A stretch of DNA of 64,000 nucleotides from the human T2T-CHM13v2.0 reference genome, Homo sapiens (GCF_009914755.1 NC_060933.1); one strand, 5' to 3'; positions 21,332 to 49,377 are shown, numbered from the stretch's first letter. Translations and numbers: made by a program. Notes: generated by a model not told the origin, from the sequence alone.

Positions 21332-22322
21332 TCCATCAAAAAACTATTAGAAGTAATAACTTGAGTAAATTTGCATAATACAAAATCAACATGTACAAAT
21401 CAGTAGGATTTCTATATGCCAACAGTCAACAAACTGGAAAAGAATTCAAAAAAGTAATCCTATTTGCAATAGCCACAAATAAAACAAAATGTGTGGGAAT
21501 TTACCAAAGAAATAAAAGTTCTCAACAATTAAAAATGTAAAACACTGATAAAAGAAAGAGAAGACAAAAAAATGGAAAGTTATATCTATGTTCACAGATT
21601 GGAAGAATCAGTATTTTTAAAAATGTCCATGCGATCCAAAGCAGTCTATACTTTTCATGCCATCTCTGTCAAAATAACAATGACATTCCTCATAGAAATA
21701 GAAAAAAAATCTGAAATATATATGGAACCACAAAACACTATAATAGTCAAAGCTATTCTGAGTATATAAACCAAAACTGGAGGAATCCCATTACCTGGTT
21801 TTAAATTATACTATCAAGTTATAGTAATTAAAACAGCATGACACTAGAATACAAAGACAAAGACAAATGGAATGAAATAGAGAACTTAGAAACAAACTCA
21901 TACAGCTAAACTAAACTTATTTTGAACAAAAGTGTTGATAACATACAAGAAAAAATAAGACAGTTTCTGTAATAAATAGGGCTGGGAAAACTGGCAAGCC
22001 ATAGGCAGAAGAGTGAAACTAGAACCCTATTTCTTGCCACATACAAAAATCAAATTAAAATAAATTAAAAACTTAAACCTAACACCTCAAACTATCAAAA
22101 TTTTACAAGAAAACACTGGGGAAACCCTTTAGGGCATGGTTTGAGCAAAAATTTCTTAAATAATGCCCCATAAGCACAGACAACCAAAGCAAACATGAAC
22201 AAATGGAATTACAGCAAGTCAGAAAGCTTTTTTAAAGTGAAGGAAACAAAGTGAAGAGAAAACCCACAGAATGGGAGAAAATATTTGTGAATTACCCATC
22301 TGAAAAGCAATTAATAGCGATG

Positions 22323-22997
22323 TGATATGGTTAGGCTTTGTGTCCCCACCCAAATCTCATATTGAATTGTAATCCCCAGGTGTTGAGGGAGAGACCTGGT
22401 AGAAGATGATTGGATCATGGGGTTGGTTTCCTCCAGGTTGTTCTTCTGACAATGAGTGAGTTCTCATGAGATCTGATGTTTTTATAAGGGGCTCTTCCCC
22501 CTTTGCTTCACATATATGCTCTCTCACCTGCTGTCATGGAAGAGGTGCCTGCTTCCTCGTCTGCCATGACTGTAAGTTTCCTGAGGCCTCCCCAGCCACG
22601 TGGAACTGTGACTCAGTTAAACCTGTTTCCTTTATAAATTACCCAGTCTCGCCAGGCGCAGTGGCTTATGCTTGTAATCCCAGCACTTTGGGAGGCAGCG
22701 GTGGGTGGATCATGAGGTCAGGAGTTCAAGACCAGCCTGGCCAAGATGGTGAAACCCCATCTCTACTAAAAATACAAAACTTAGCTGGGCATCGTGTCAG
22801 GTGCCTGTAATCCCAGCTACTCAAGAGGCTGAGGCAGAGAATTGCTTGAACCCAGGAGGTGGAGGTTACAGTGAACTGAGATCATACCAATGCACTCCAG
22901 CCTGGGTGACAGAGCAAGACTTCATCTCAATACATAAATAGATAAATAAATAACCCAGTCTCAGTTTTTTTATAGCAGTGCAGAAACAGACTAATAC
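22323..22997 (+). mobile_element. Solo MSTA/THE1-like LTR containing an Alu (22650-22950)
   Basis: tgatatggttaggctttgtgtccccacccaaatctc...cagactaataca; Alu TSD aWWacccagtctc. Confidence 0.85.
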
Positions 22998-24283
22998 ACT
23001 ACAATATATTGAGTTCAAAACATTCTATAGAAAAAAATATAATAAAGAGTAGACAAAAATTTAAATGGACATTTATGAAAAGAAGACATACAAATGGCAA
23101 ACAGGCAAATGAAAAGGTGCTCCATATTACTGATCATCATAGAAATGCAAATCAAACCCAAAATGAGATATCATTTCACCTCAGTTAAGGTGGCTTTTAT
23201 CCAGAAGTCAGTCAAAAACAAATGTTGCTAATAGCCAAGATTTGGAAGAAACCTAAATGTCCATCAACAGATGACTGGATAGAGAAAATGTGGTACATAT
23301 ACACAATGGAGTACTATTCAGCTATAAGAAAGAATGAGAGTCTGTCATTTGCAGTAACAGAAATGGAACTGAAAGTTTTTATGTTAAGTGAAATAAGTCA
23401 GGCACAGAAAGACAAATGTCACATGTTCTCACTCGTTTGTGGGCGCTAAAATTCAAAACAATTGATGTCATAGAGATAGAGAGTATAAGGTTGGTTACCA
23501 GAGGCTGGGAAGGGCAGTGGGGGAACGGGGTTAGTGGGGATGCGAAATGGGTACAAAAAATTGTTAGAAAGAATGAATAAGACAGTATTTGGTAGCACAA
23601 CAGGGTGATTATGCTAAAAAAATAATTTATACATTTTATAAAAACTAAAATAGTATAATTGGATTGTTTATAAAACAAGCTATAAATGCTTGAGGGGATG
23701 GATACCCTGTTTTTTCTTGTGTATTACTGATTGCATGCCTGTATCAAAGTATGTCATGTACCCCCATAAATATATACACCAACTATGTACCCACAAAAAT
23801 TAATTAAAAATTACAATTAAAACCAAAAGGAGGAGAGTCTAATGAGGCAGGTGTGACCCATGGCTTGAAGTAGCTTTTCAGGTTAACTTTGGAATGTCCT
23901 TATCCAAGAAGAGGGGTCCATTTAGTCAGTAGGGGCTTAGAAATTAATTTTTAGTTTATAAGTGGAAAAAAGAAGAATTTTTAATCCTGAGCCATAGCTC
24001 TCAGTCAGTCAGTCCCTGCAGGGAACCCTGTTCTTTACTCTGGAGATAAACACTGTTTTTCTTTTCCACTGAATAACACCACATTTCAAAATGAGGGGAA
24101 ACATCTTGAAACTAAGAGGTATGGCCTTATTAAATTTGATTTGCTTTCCATTGTAATTAATTTAATCACATGTGTTCTAGAGTTTGTCCTCAGTCTTCTC
24201 CTACTTTAGGCTCATGATCTGTTGAATTTGCTCGGCTCGCTGCTCAACAGCAGGAAATCAGAATTATTTAAAAACCTCATTGT

Positions 24284-24593
24284 GGCTGGGAGCAGTGGCT
24301 CATGCCTGTAATCCCAGCAATTTGGGAGGCCAAGGTGGGCAGATCACTTGTTGTCAGGGGTTTGAGACCAGCCTGGCCAACAGAGTGAAACCCCATTTCT
24401 ACTAAAGATACAAAAATTATCTGAGTGTGGTGATTCATATCTGTAATCCCAGCTATTTGGGAGGCTGAGGCAGGAGAATCACTTGAACCCGGGAGGCAGA
24501 CGTTTCAGTGAGGCAAGATGGTGCACTGCACTCCAGCCTGGGCAACAGACCAAGACTCTGTCTCAAAATGATAATAATAAATAAAAATAAAAA
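24284..24593 (+). mobile_element. AluS
   Basis: Dimeric Alu with A-rich tail. Confidence 0.88.
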
Positions 24594-24859
24594 TCTCGTG
24601 TTTCAAACAAAATTTCTTTTGCATATCAACTGTGTCAACTTGCATATTAACTATAATCATTTTGTTTACTTTATATCCAATCTTGAGAAATCTTTGAGGA
24701 CTAATTTCACTCTTTTCTGCCATTTTGGTAAACATACCAAATGCCGTCAAACAAAATGCACAAAATTCCTGAGAAATACATTTTCTCCTTGAGGAGTATA
24801 CTTGTTGTGTTAGAGGAACTCATGGTTATCAAGCTTCTAGTTTAATAAACATGACGAGA

Positions 24860-28340
<3,481 letters not shown>

Positions 28341-28344
28341 CTGG

Positions 28345-28471
28345 GAGCCCAATCGGAGGCTGAGGGAGGTGGGCGCGGGGCTGTTTAAGCGTTGGCGAAG
28401 GGCGGGCTGGGTCGCTGCGCGTCTGCTCCCCCTTCTCACGTTTCTCCTGCTGCCCTAATCCTGCCTTGGCC
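28345..28471 (+). promoter_or_regulatory. Proximal tubulin promoter and 5'UTR (CCAAT 28349-28353, GC box, degenerate TATA-like tttaag)
   Basis: Motifs directly upstream of tubulin exon 1. Confidence 0.55.
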
Positions 28472-30745
28472 ACGAGGGAGCTTGTGCTCTCACGCAGACC
28501 GGGCAGTGCGGGAACCAGATCGGGGCCAAGGTTGGCAGCCGGGGCTCTGAGGGCCCAGCCCGGGCCTGCCGGGTGGCCGGGGAAGATGTTGGCAGTGGCG
28601 GGGCGGTGCCCCTGCATTGCGGCCCCTGGGCTCCCTGCCGGGGACGGTGGAACTGGGTGGCTGGCGAGGCGGCCGGGGTGGACCCCAGGGACAGGGCGGC
28701 CTAGGGATGGGGGTGCGGGTGGGGGTGGGAGAGCGGCTGGGGCGCCTCCGTGACTCAGCCCCGGCCTGTCTGGCCCCTCCCGTCTCTTGCAGTTCTGGGA
28801 GGTGATCTCTGATGAACATGCTATCGACTCCGCTGGCACCTACCACGGGGACAGCCACCTGCAGCTGGAGCGCATCAACGTGTACCACCACGAGGCCAGC
28901 GGTGAGACCCCCGTCCTTCCCCCACCCAACGTGCACCACCACGAGGCCAGCGGTGCGACCCCCGTCCTTCCCCCACCCAACGTGCACCACCACGAGGCCA
29001 GCGGTGCGACCCCCGTCCTTCCCCCACCGCCCTCCTGGGAACGCGGCCCTCCCCTCGCTCATGCCCTCCCGCCCCACGCAGGTGGCAGGTACGTGCCCCG
29101 CGCTGTGCTCGTGGATCTGGAGCCGGGCACCATGGACTCTGTGCGCTCGGGGCTCTTCGGGCAGGTCCTCAGGCCAGACAACTTCATCTTCGGTGAGCTG
29201 CGGGCGAGGACTGGGGTGCGGCTCCTTAGCCAGGGCAGCTCAAAATCCAGGAACGCTCCAAGGTCATCCTGTGGGAACTGTGGCGCCAGGGCCCCTGAAC
29301 ACCCTCCTATCCGCCGAGTCGAGTCGCTCAATCTGCCTCTCTTAAACGGGCTTCGGGAGGAAGGCCCGGGTGTCTCCTCAAGGTGAGGAGCTACTGATGT
29401 CCCTGCCGGGAGCTGAGCTGGGGCCGTGGCTACTGCCTTTCCTGAGAATGGGCAGGAGCCACCTGCGGCGAGGTCTGTGAGCCCGTCTCAGGTTTGACTC
29501 CTGACTTAATTCCTAACAGGGGAAGCTGCTGTCCTGTAACTCTGGGGGAGGGGGTTTCATCTGCTCCACCTGCAGGGCGAACGGTGCTCTCACCTCACGT
29601 GTGACACTTGGCTCTTTCTGCATTATGGTGGTGACCACTGATGACCGTATACCTGGCCGTCGAGTGACCGGCTGTGCTGTCTTACAGGTCAGTGTGGGGC
29701 CGGAAACAACTGGGCCAAGGGACGCTACACAGAAGTTGCGGAGCTGATGGAGTCAGTGATGGACGTTGTCAGAAAGGAGGCTGAGAGCTGTGACTGTCTG
29801 CAGGGTTTCCAGCTGACCCACTCCCTGGGTGGGGGGACTGGGTCTGGGATGGGTACCCTTCTCATTAGTAAGATCCGGGAGGAGTACCCAGACAGGATCA
29901 TAAACACATTCAGCATCCTGCCCTCGCCCAAGGTGTCAGACACCATGGTGGAGCCCTACAACGCCACCCTCTCAGTCCGCCAGCTCATAGAAAACGCAGA
30001 TGAGACCTTCTGCATAGATAACGAAGCGCTATATGACATATGTTCCAGGACCCTAAAACTGCCCACACCCACCTATGGTGACCTGAACCACCTGGTGTCT
30101 GCTACCATGAGTGGGGTCACCACGTGCCTGCGCTTCCCAGGCCAGCTGAATGCTGACCTGCGGAAGCTGGCCGTGAACATGGTCCCGTTTCCCCGGCTGC
30201 ATTTCTTCATGCCTGGCTTTGCCCCACTGACCAGCCGGGGCAGCCAGCAGTACCGGGCCTTGACTGTGGCTGAGCTCACCCAGCAGATGTTTGATGCTAA
30301 GAACATGAGGGCTGCCCGTGACCCCCGTCACGGCCGCTACCTAACGGCGGCTGCCATTTTCCAGGGTCGCATGCCCATGAGGGAGGTGGATGAACAGATG
30401 TTCAACATTCAAGATAAGAACAGCAGCTACTTTGCTGACTGGTTCCCCGACAACGTAAAAACAGCCGTCTGTGACATCCCACCCCGGGGGCTAAAAATGT
30501 CAGGCAGCTTCATTGGGAATAATGCGGCCATCCAGGAACTCTTCACGTGTGTCTCAGAGCAGTTTACAGCAATGTTCAGGTGCAAGGCCTTCCTCCACTG
30601 GTACACGGGCGAGGGCATGGATGAGATGGAATTCACCGAGGCCGAGAGCAACATGAATGACCTGGTGTCTGAATATCAGCAATATCAGGATGCCACGGCC
30701 AAGGAGGAGGAGGATGAGGAGTATGCTGAGGAGGAGGTGGCCTAG
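28472..30745 (+). pseudogene. TUBBP5: Unprocessed TUBB8-family beta-tubulin pseudogene; exons 28472-28530, 28793-28901, 29082-29192, 29688-30745
   Basis: TUBB8-type residues ([26 protein letters not shown], ...EEYAEEEVA*); exon sizes 57+2, 109, 111 with GT-AG introns; start is ACG and exon 1 has an extra CT; polyA signal AATAAA 30895-30900. The symbol is tentative among TUBB8 paralogs. Confidence 0.9.
28876..29028 (+). repeat. 3 x 51-bp tandem repeat spanning the exon 2 end and donor
   Basis: Units 28876-28926, 28927-28977, 28978-29028: CAACGTGYACCACCACGAGGCCAGCG|GTGMGACCCCCGTCCTTCCCCCACC. Confidence 0.95.
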
Positions 30746-31440
30746 AACTCTCCTTTTCTAGGTAAAGCGGGGGAGGCAGTGTGTATTCTTCACTGTGTTG
30801 TGACAGCTATGTGTCACTACGCACTTGTTCATTTGTGTCTTCACATCTCCTGCTGCTGCATTTTAAAGCACTTTTATAGTGTGCAGTTTTGACTAATAAA
30901 GTATTCTCACAGCATCTGGTTTCACCTCCATCTTCTTTCCATGGGCCCTCCGGCTACTGCTGCCAGATGCACACAGTTGTCCTGCAAGGCAGAAGCTGTC
31001 TGGGTTCATCACATGCCCAGGAACAAGCATTCCAGTGGCTCCAGGAGGGCTCAGCATGGGCTGTGGACATGGCAGGCAGGCTTCACGTGAACTTGGGGAT
31101 GCCCTGGGCCTTGGGCAGCGACGTGGTGGAAAACCTGTTCCTGAAGGCAAGCCTTGGCTTATCCCATGTACCAAACTTCTAGGGGACCAGCTGGCCATGT
31201 TTCTGGAACGTTAAAAGGGGTCAGCGACCCTGGTGGACAATGTCTCCAAAGTCCCATCTTGGAGTAGGAATGTGGTCAGACAGCTGGCTCTGAACCAGCA
31301 ATGAAGGGTGGGCAAGTGGGACCCCAGGCACTCCATCACCATGACGGTCTGGGTGTGTTTGTGTGGCCTCATTCTCTTCACGAGGTGGGCATGGGGTATC
31401 TGGCAGGGACTAGGCAGGAATCGAGCCCAGTGTCTGCTAA

Positions 31441-31580
31441 CATGCACTGAACCCCAAGTAGAAGGGGATTAGGTCCTGGGGGCCGTAGATGGTGGTTGCT
31501 GGACCTGTGACATGCACTGAACCCTATGTAGAAGGGGATTAGGTCCTGGGGGCCGTAGATGGTGGTTACTGGGCCTGTGT
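31441..31580. repeat. 70-bp tandem duplication
   Basis: catgcactgaaccc...gaaggggattaggtcctgggggccgtagatggtggtt...cctgtg at 31441-31510 and 31511-31580. Confidence 0.92.
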
Positions 31581-32302
31581 GCGCAGGGCAGTCCCTCCAA
31601 AGGCACAGATGGGGTTTCTGAACAGGACCTGGGGAGACAGGCAGGTGCTCACAAATGCTGCTTCCCCCAGCTGGCGGCAACCAGTGAGAAAAACGCCTGA
31701 GTGGAGGTCTGACCTGCCCCAGTCTGGAGGGCTGATGCTCTCTGGAAAGGTGGCTAATGCGTACTGTCTGCTGTCTCCCTGTCCCCCACTCCAAAACCTC
31801 AGGGCAAAAATAATCCAAGATTGCCAGGATGAGCCTGGTGAGGGTGGCACCTTTGGGTACAGGCCCTTCAGCCTGGCAGGGTCTCCTCCCCAGGCTTCTC
31901 AGGGAGCCTGGACTGTAAAGCCTGCTTTGGGGAAGCTGTCAAATTAGAGATGTGTGTGTGAGCTGGGTGCTGGGCAACACGCATGGACAGTGCTCTTCTC
32001 CCTGGCTCTTGTAGAACTTGTCCATGGCCCCTGTGAAGGTCTCTTGGTAATTCCCACCCTACCCCCATCACACAGATAACATGAAGCCAGCATAGCCCGG
32101 GGGTGGGGAGATGTATGGGTTCTACTCCAGGTCCCCTGGGAATGCCCACCTGCCTCTGACGTGTCAGGGAAAACAGGTGAGGCCCCTTCTTGTTCTCTGA
32201 ATGTTGTCAATGGTCTATTGCAGCCAAATGGGAACAGGCAGGCAGGAGAGTGTCTCATCTCAAAAGAAGTGGCTCCTGGAAGCAGCTGGGAGGTGGGAGA
32301 GG

Positions 32303-32449
32303 TTCCCCATACTCCCCCATACTCCCCCATACTCCCCCATACTCGCCCATACTCGCCCATACTCCCCCATACTCCCCCACACTCGCCCACACTCGCCCAC
32401 ACTCGCCCACACTCCCCCAACCTCCCCCATACTCCCCCACACTCCCCCA
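32303..32449. repeat. 10-bp minisatellite (ACTCCCCCAT / ACTCGCCCAC), ~14 copies
   Basis: Direct reading. Confidence 0.95.
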
Positions 32450-35400
32450 GCCTGTTCTAGGAGCAGGAAAAGGGGCCTCTGTGACAGCCCTCCTCAGTGG
32501 CTCTCACTCTCTAAGGGGTGTCCTTGCCCAACCCAGGTGCACACCCATCTGAGATGGTCTTGCATGGACCTGGTTAGGAAGGTTCAGCTGCAGCAACCAC
32601 TGGAACCTGCCCACACCTGGTGTCTCCACTCACGCGTGGGGCTAGATGTTCCTCCCTCCTGTAGTGGCACAGCCAGACAGGCAGAGGGGGCAAGCACCGC
32701 TGCAGTTCCCACCTGGGTCTGAGGCGGGGTCAGGCTTGGTGACCATGTATTTCCCAATTACCTGGTTCCATATGGGGGCTTCATGGACAGGAGTGGTGCT
32801 TTTCCAGGCCTTTTTTCCACATGCCAGCTACAGGCCCAGGTTTCCCGAGTTTCTGGAGCCCCTCTTCCAGCCTGGCAAGCAAGGTGTGTTGTAGGGGAAG
32901 GACATCAAGCCTACAGGCAGCAGAGTATGTTCTCTACCTCTGGAGGCCCCTGGTTGTTTACCTCTTTGGGTGAGAGTCGGCTTAGGATCTCAACATTCTT
33001 GCAGGACTTCAGAACTGTACAGACAGGGGCCCAGGAGGGAACAGGGGCTGGGACTGGCAGCTAACCAGAGTGGTGGGGGTTGTAGGGCTCAGTTTGGTCT
33101 TGCAGGGAATTCAGGGAGGCTTGGATTTGCTGAAGCTCTAGACGAGCTTGGGCTTGGATATGGAAACAGCATAGAGCAGGGGCCCTTCTGCATGCTTGAC
33201 TCTGAGTAGTTGCACCCTGGTGCATCCATAGGTGTTCCCCACCTGGAGCACAGCTGTGGATAGAAGCAGGGAGAGCTGTGGAGGGAAGAGGAGGAGAAGG
33301 GAGTCTCAGGGCAGCCCCAGTATCCAGGCAGGGCCTCTGCAAGTGAGATGCAGATCCAGCCTGTTGGCCACTTAGCAGCTGCTCGGTTGGCTGCAGATCA
33401 CCTGACCTCTGTTCACCAGTAAATGGGGGTTGCAGTAGCACTTACCTTCTGGGACTCCTGCAGCTTGAAGGGGCAGCACACACCACGTGCTGAGAAAACA
33501 CCTAACTCAGGTAAGCTTCTCCAAGAGCACCACATCAGATTAACACCCAACCTGTACAGGACACCATCAAATCTCCCCACCCTTCATTCCAACGGAAGAA
33601 AAGGGAGTCTCTGTCCTAGGGGAGCAAGCACAGGCCTATCTATGCAGTGGGCACATGGCCCAGGTGGGGAAAAGGCCCTTGGATATGTGCTGGTTTCACC
33701 AACCATCTGTGGGTTGGGTTTGGCCTGGACACCTGTACCCCAGGAGGCCGGCAGCCCCCTGCATGGGAGAGGACTGGGAGGTGGGTGGGAGGGCTGAGCT
33801 TTGAGGGAAGCCATTATTTGGCCTCATGGGAAGTGGTGCAGGTGGTTGTTGGTGGCTCAGTTTTTCAGGACCTCGGTCATCAGCCAAGGAGTGAAAATTG
33901 CCTTTTTATGAGAAATTGCTAAAATTGATGCAAGCTCATAGTTGAAAAGGTGAGTAATGCTGACAGTTGGCTTCACCTGCCCCTTCCCCACAAGTAACTG
34001 GTGTTCAGAGGTGGATTTGGTTCCTTCCCAGCCTTTCCCGTTTGCATGTAGCTGTGTGCATGTACTTTTGTGTGTGTACACACACATGTTTCCTGGAGGG
34101 GTTACTTTTATTTTTTTTGGTGGGGGGATAACTAGTGAGGCAGCCTGACACTTGCTGATCTTGTCTTTTAATTGTGGAGTCCTCTATGGAGTGGGCATTG
34201 GGTACTTCCTAGCTGGCCTCTGCCAGCTGTTTGGCTGCCCCGGTTTCTGCCCTTCACAGACATGCTGGCCACCTGGTGTGACATTGAGTGGCCTTGTTTG
34301 CAGCTAGTGTGATGAGACAAGTGGATCAGGTACATTATAAACTGAAAAAGCACACAACATGCAGAGGGAAAGGATAAATGACCATGTGTGTACTGCTCGG
34401 CTGAAGTCCACATCACATGACTGAGATGACATTTTTTCACCTAACATTTGGGCCCTGAGAAAAGGCATTTATGTTTTACTTTTTATTTATAACAGAGTTA
34501 GGAGAAATACTACCAGGCTTTCTTTTCCATTATCCCCAACTCCCACTTTACCCCCTCAAGTTTACCTACCTCAGAGAGAAAGCGGAGCTCGCCTGATGAA
34601 TGAGAGCCTGAAATTATTCGAGCCAGGTCACTGTGTAAACGTCAGACTGCTTCCATCTCCTTGTGCATCACTTGCGCAGCTCAGATATTTCATGGCTCCC
34701 TGTATACAGGTAGCTGTGTTACCCTCCTAGCCGCTTTCTTGGTTTGATACATGCCTGGGAGCATGTGGGAGCAGTTAAGGTCTAGGCTCATGGGAGGACA
34801 GTTCTGCCCACCCCAGCTCATCTCTCCAGCTCAGCCTGCATGCCTGCCTTCCTCCAACTGATTCCAGAGTAGGGGATGGGAGGTCTCACATTGACCTCAA
34901 GTTTATGTGACTTTTTCCACCTCTGCTTTCCCAGACAGCCCTTGCTGTGGGACTTGTAAGGAGATTTGTGAAGTCAGTATCTACTTTTCTTGTGTGGGTG
35001 TTTATAAATTATTCCCCTGGAGGGGAATAAATGTTAGAGGTACTCCAAACCCCTAACATATAAACATCTAAGCCTGGCCCTTTTTTGGTGGTAAAATATA
35101 TGCAACATAAAACTTACCATTTTAACCATGTTTAAACATACAGTTGAGTGGCATCCACTATAATGTGTTGTACAACCATCTCCTTTATCCATATCTACAA
35201 CTTCTTTTTCATCCTAAACTGAAACACCAAACCCATAAATAAGTCTTCGAATAGAAGACTGATGCATTTGACTCTATAAAAATTAAAACTTTATAGGCGA
35301 GAAAAATGCCTCAAAGTCAAAAGTCAACAGACTGGGGAAACAGATCTGCAACATACATGACAGACAAAAAGCTAATTTGGGTAATATATGTGTATATATA

Positions 35401-35509
35401 TAGCTATATAGCTATCCTAAATTATTAAAAGACCAACAGCCAAATTGAAAAATGGACAAAGGATGTAAAGAAACAGTTCAAGGAAACAAGTAGATTTTTA
35501 AATATTTGC

Positions 35510-41215
<5,706 letters not shown>

Positions 41216-42509
41216 TCCTTGAGTGTTTAATACCTATATTTTTAGACATAAAATGTGAAACCTACAAAATTTTCTTGATTTGTTACAGTTTTATTTGTTG
41301 TAAGTTTTTATTTAAGAATTAAATGTGTGTATCAACATTTGTTATGTTCTCATAAACTTTGTAATACATGGAGATTCCTGGTCCACATATATAAGCCTCT
41401 ACATGAATATTATTTTGAAGCATTTAATTTTCTGTTTTAAGATTTCAAAGGTCTAAATGAAATTGAGATTTTGGTTTCTGAGATGAAATCATGGTAGGTG
41501 ACTGATAAATGCTTAAAAATTAGCCAAAACTTAAGTTAAAGTTTACCTTCAAGATTCAACCTGAATGAGTTGCCCTGTATTGCTGGTAATAAAAAATAAG
41601 TCTTTAATGGTATAAAAGCAAACTTCAGAGAATGTCTTTTTTTCCCCCATTGACATCTAAATTAAAAGCTGTAAAAAATTTTGATGGCCTTATGCATTTT
41701 TTACTTTAGAATTCCAACTTTTTCTGGTTAAAATTTTTCCAAATAGATTCCTGTGTATTTGAAAGACAAATAATTTTTTAGTTGAAATGCTTAAGCAGTT
41801 AAATAAGGCCATGAAACTTTCTTGAACCTGTGGGAATCCATGAGAAAATCTGACATTATGTTCTATTCTCTTGGAAGGTAGAAATATCGTTTGACTTCTG
41901 TTTTGCTGACAAGAAATGTGGTCCTGAGCAAGGCTGCCTGGGACAATGACCTCACACATGGAAAACGCTGGAGCCCATCTGTCTCCAATCTGCTGTTTTC
42001 CAAAAATTAGGGAAGTTCAGTTTTCCCTTTGATACTCTCTGTTTCTACCAACCCCAACGCCAGGGCTGTCCTGCTTCTACAAGTGACAATGACAAATATA
42101 GGCCTGAAGGAAGATGAGCTGATGGCATTCCCAGCTTACTACCACTCCTTGGGGGCCTTATCTCACATACGTGGATTCAATTCATAGACTCAGGTGGGTG
42201 AGGATCTATTGTTCAGCTACATTAGAAGTGACTGCTTAAGACTCTGGTGTGTGGTGAAATGAGGCAGAATTTTCTCAATGCAGTGTTGGGAGAAGTTTCT
42301 CCTCATAATTACCATCTTACTATCACTAAATCATAGCTAAAATAAGGAAATTATTCAAGAAGAAATAGAAATGTAATCTTATGAAGACATAAATTTAGAG
42401 ATTTGTGGAAAGCCCTTCATAATTTCATGGTGTTCTCTTTGAGCTGGGATTATAGTTGATATTTCATTATAATATATTAGCTGTTCTAGACTTCATGCAT
42501 TTATGTAAA

Positions 42510-47005
<4,496 letters not shown>

Positions 47006-47925
47006 CTAAAGTATGATTTCTTAATACATGAGATGTTTTAAATATGTAACAATATTTATCACAAATAATATTTTGTCTCAATGTGATATAAAAATTGCTA
47101 ATAAATCAATTCTTTTTTGGTTACCACAAAGCTATCTGGAAATGTAACATCTGCCATTTAGAAAATTTTTGTAGAGTTAATAGAACTTTACCTGAAGGGA
47201 GGCTGGCAATATGCATCATGATTTCAAATATTGTATTAATTGTTTTGTAATTTTGTGTTTTTTAAAACTAAACTTATTAAATTGGTTGTATATTACTTTA
47301 GGTAGCACTATTTGGTGATGAGAGAATAATAATTTGCAAAATATAAGAGTTCCTTTTTATAAAAATGTCCTCTGTTTTATATTACTACCACTTCCTCTGA
47401 AAGTTTAAAATTGTAATTTTGTAATTAAAATATATATTCACAAATGTGATTGTCAATGTGAATATTTATAATTTTAGGGTTTTTTTTTGCATTTGGTAGG
47501 GACAGGGTTTTCTGGTGTCTATTCTTCTTCAAAATAAAAGGTAGAGAGAATGGAATCAGGAAAGGTTAAAACACAAAGGAACACAATGATGATGATAGAG
47601 ATTATTCATTTGCGGCTGGCCAGGGCCTAAAAATATCAAGAAGAAACATGATCAATAGAAAACCTGAATGTCCTTGAACTTTATAGAATTTTTAATTTCT
47701 CTTAAAATTATTCATGATAAAAATCTCTGTACTTTGCACATTTAAGAGAGATAAAATCAGAGGGCAGGGTCCTCCCTGATCCTGATAAGAGTGCCCAAAG
47801 CACAAAGGATGTGTCTTTATCTCCTCCCAACTCCACGGTGGAAACAGTTGCTCTGGTTATCTTATCGCAGTGATGCACAGAGACATGATGGTCAAAGAGC
47901 TTGCACACTTTAAAAAAGAAATGTT

Positions 47926-48213
<288 letters not shown>

Positions 48214-48220
48214 TTATATT

Positions 48221-49377
<1,157 letters not shown>

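Larger units (their letters stand above)
31440..33275 (-). pseudogene. Unprocessed FAM166A (CIMIP2A)-like pseudogene; exon remnants ~33062-33270, 32761-33015, 32547-32690, 32002-32098, 31445-31630
   Basis: Minus-strand peptides QVGNTYG..MQKGPCS..SKPP..TEPYNPH, LKSCKNVEIL..PPEVENI..AWKSTTPVHEAP, VGRFQWLLQLNLPN, GYAGF..NYQE..AMDKFYKSQ, LFRNP..IYGPQDLIPFYIGF resemble FAM166A as I recall it; stops and frameshifts present; tail-to-tail with the tubulin gene as in TUBB4B-FAM166A. Confidence 0.82.

Noticed and set aside
28472-30745. Functional full-length TUBB8 or TUBB8B
   Set aside because: ACG start and 2-bp insertion give a stop early in exon 2; an in-frame TAA at 28456 rules out an upstream rescue ATG
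31944-32722. Pro/His-rich and Gly-rich repeat ORFs
   Set aside because: Products of the 10-bp minisatellite, open in several frames on both strands
41700-42200. Possible exon-like pseudogene fragment between L1s
   Set aside because: Plausible splice sites, but stops in every frame and no convincing colinear protein match by eye
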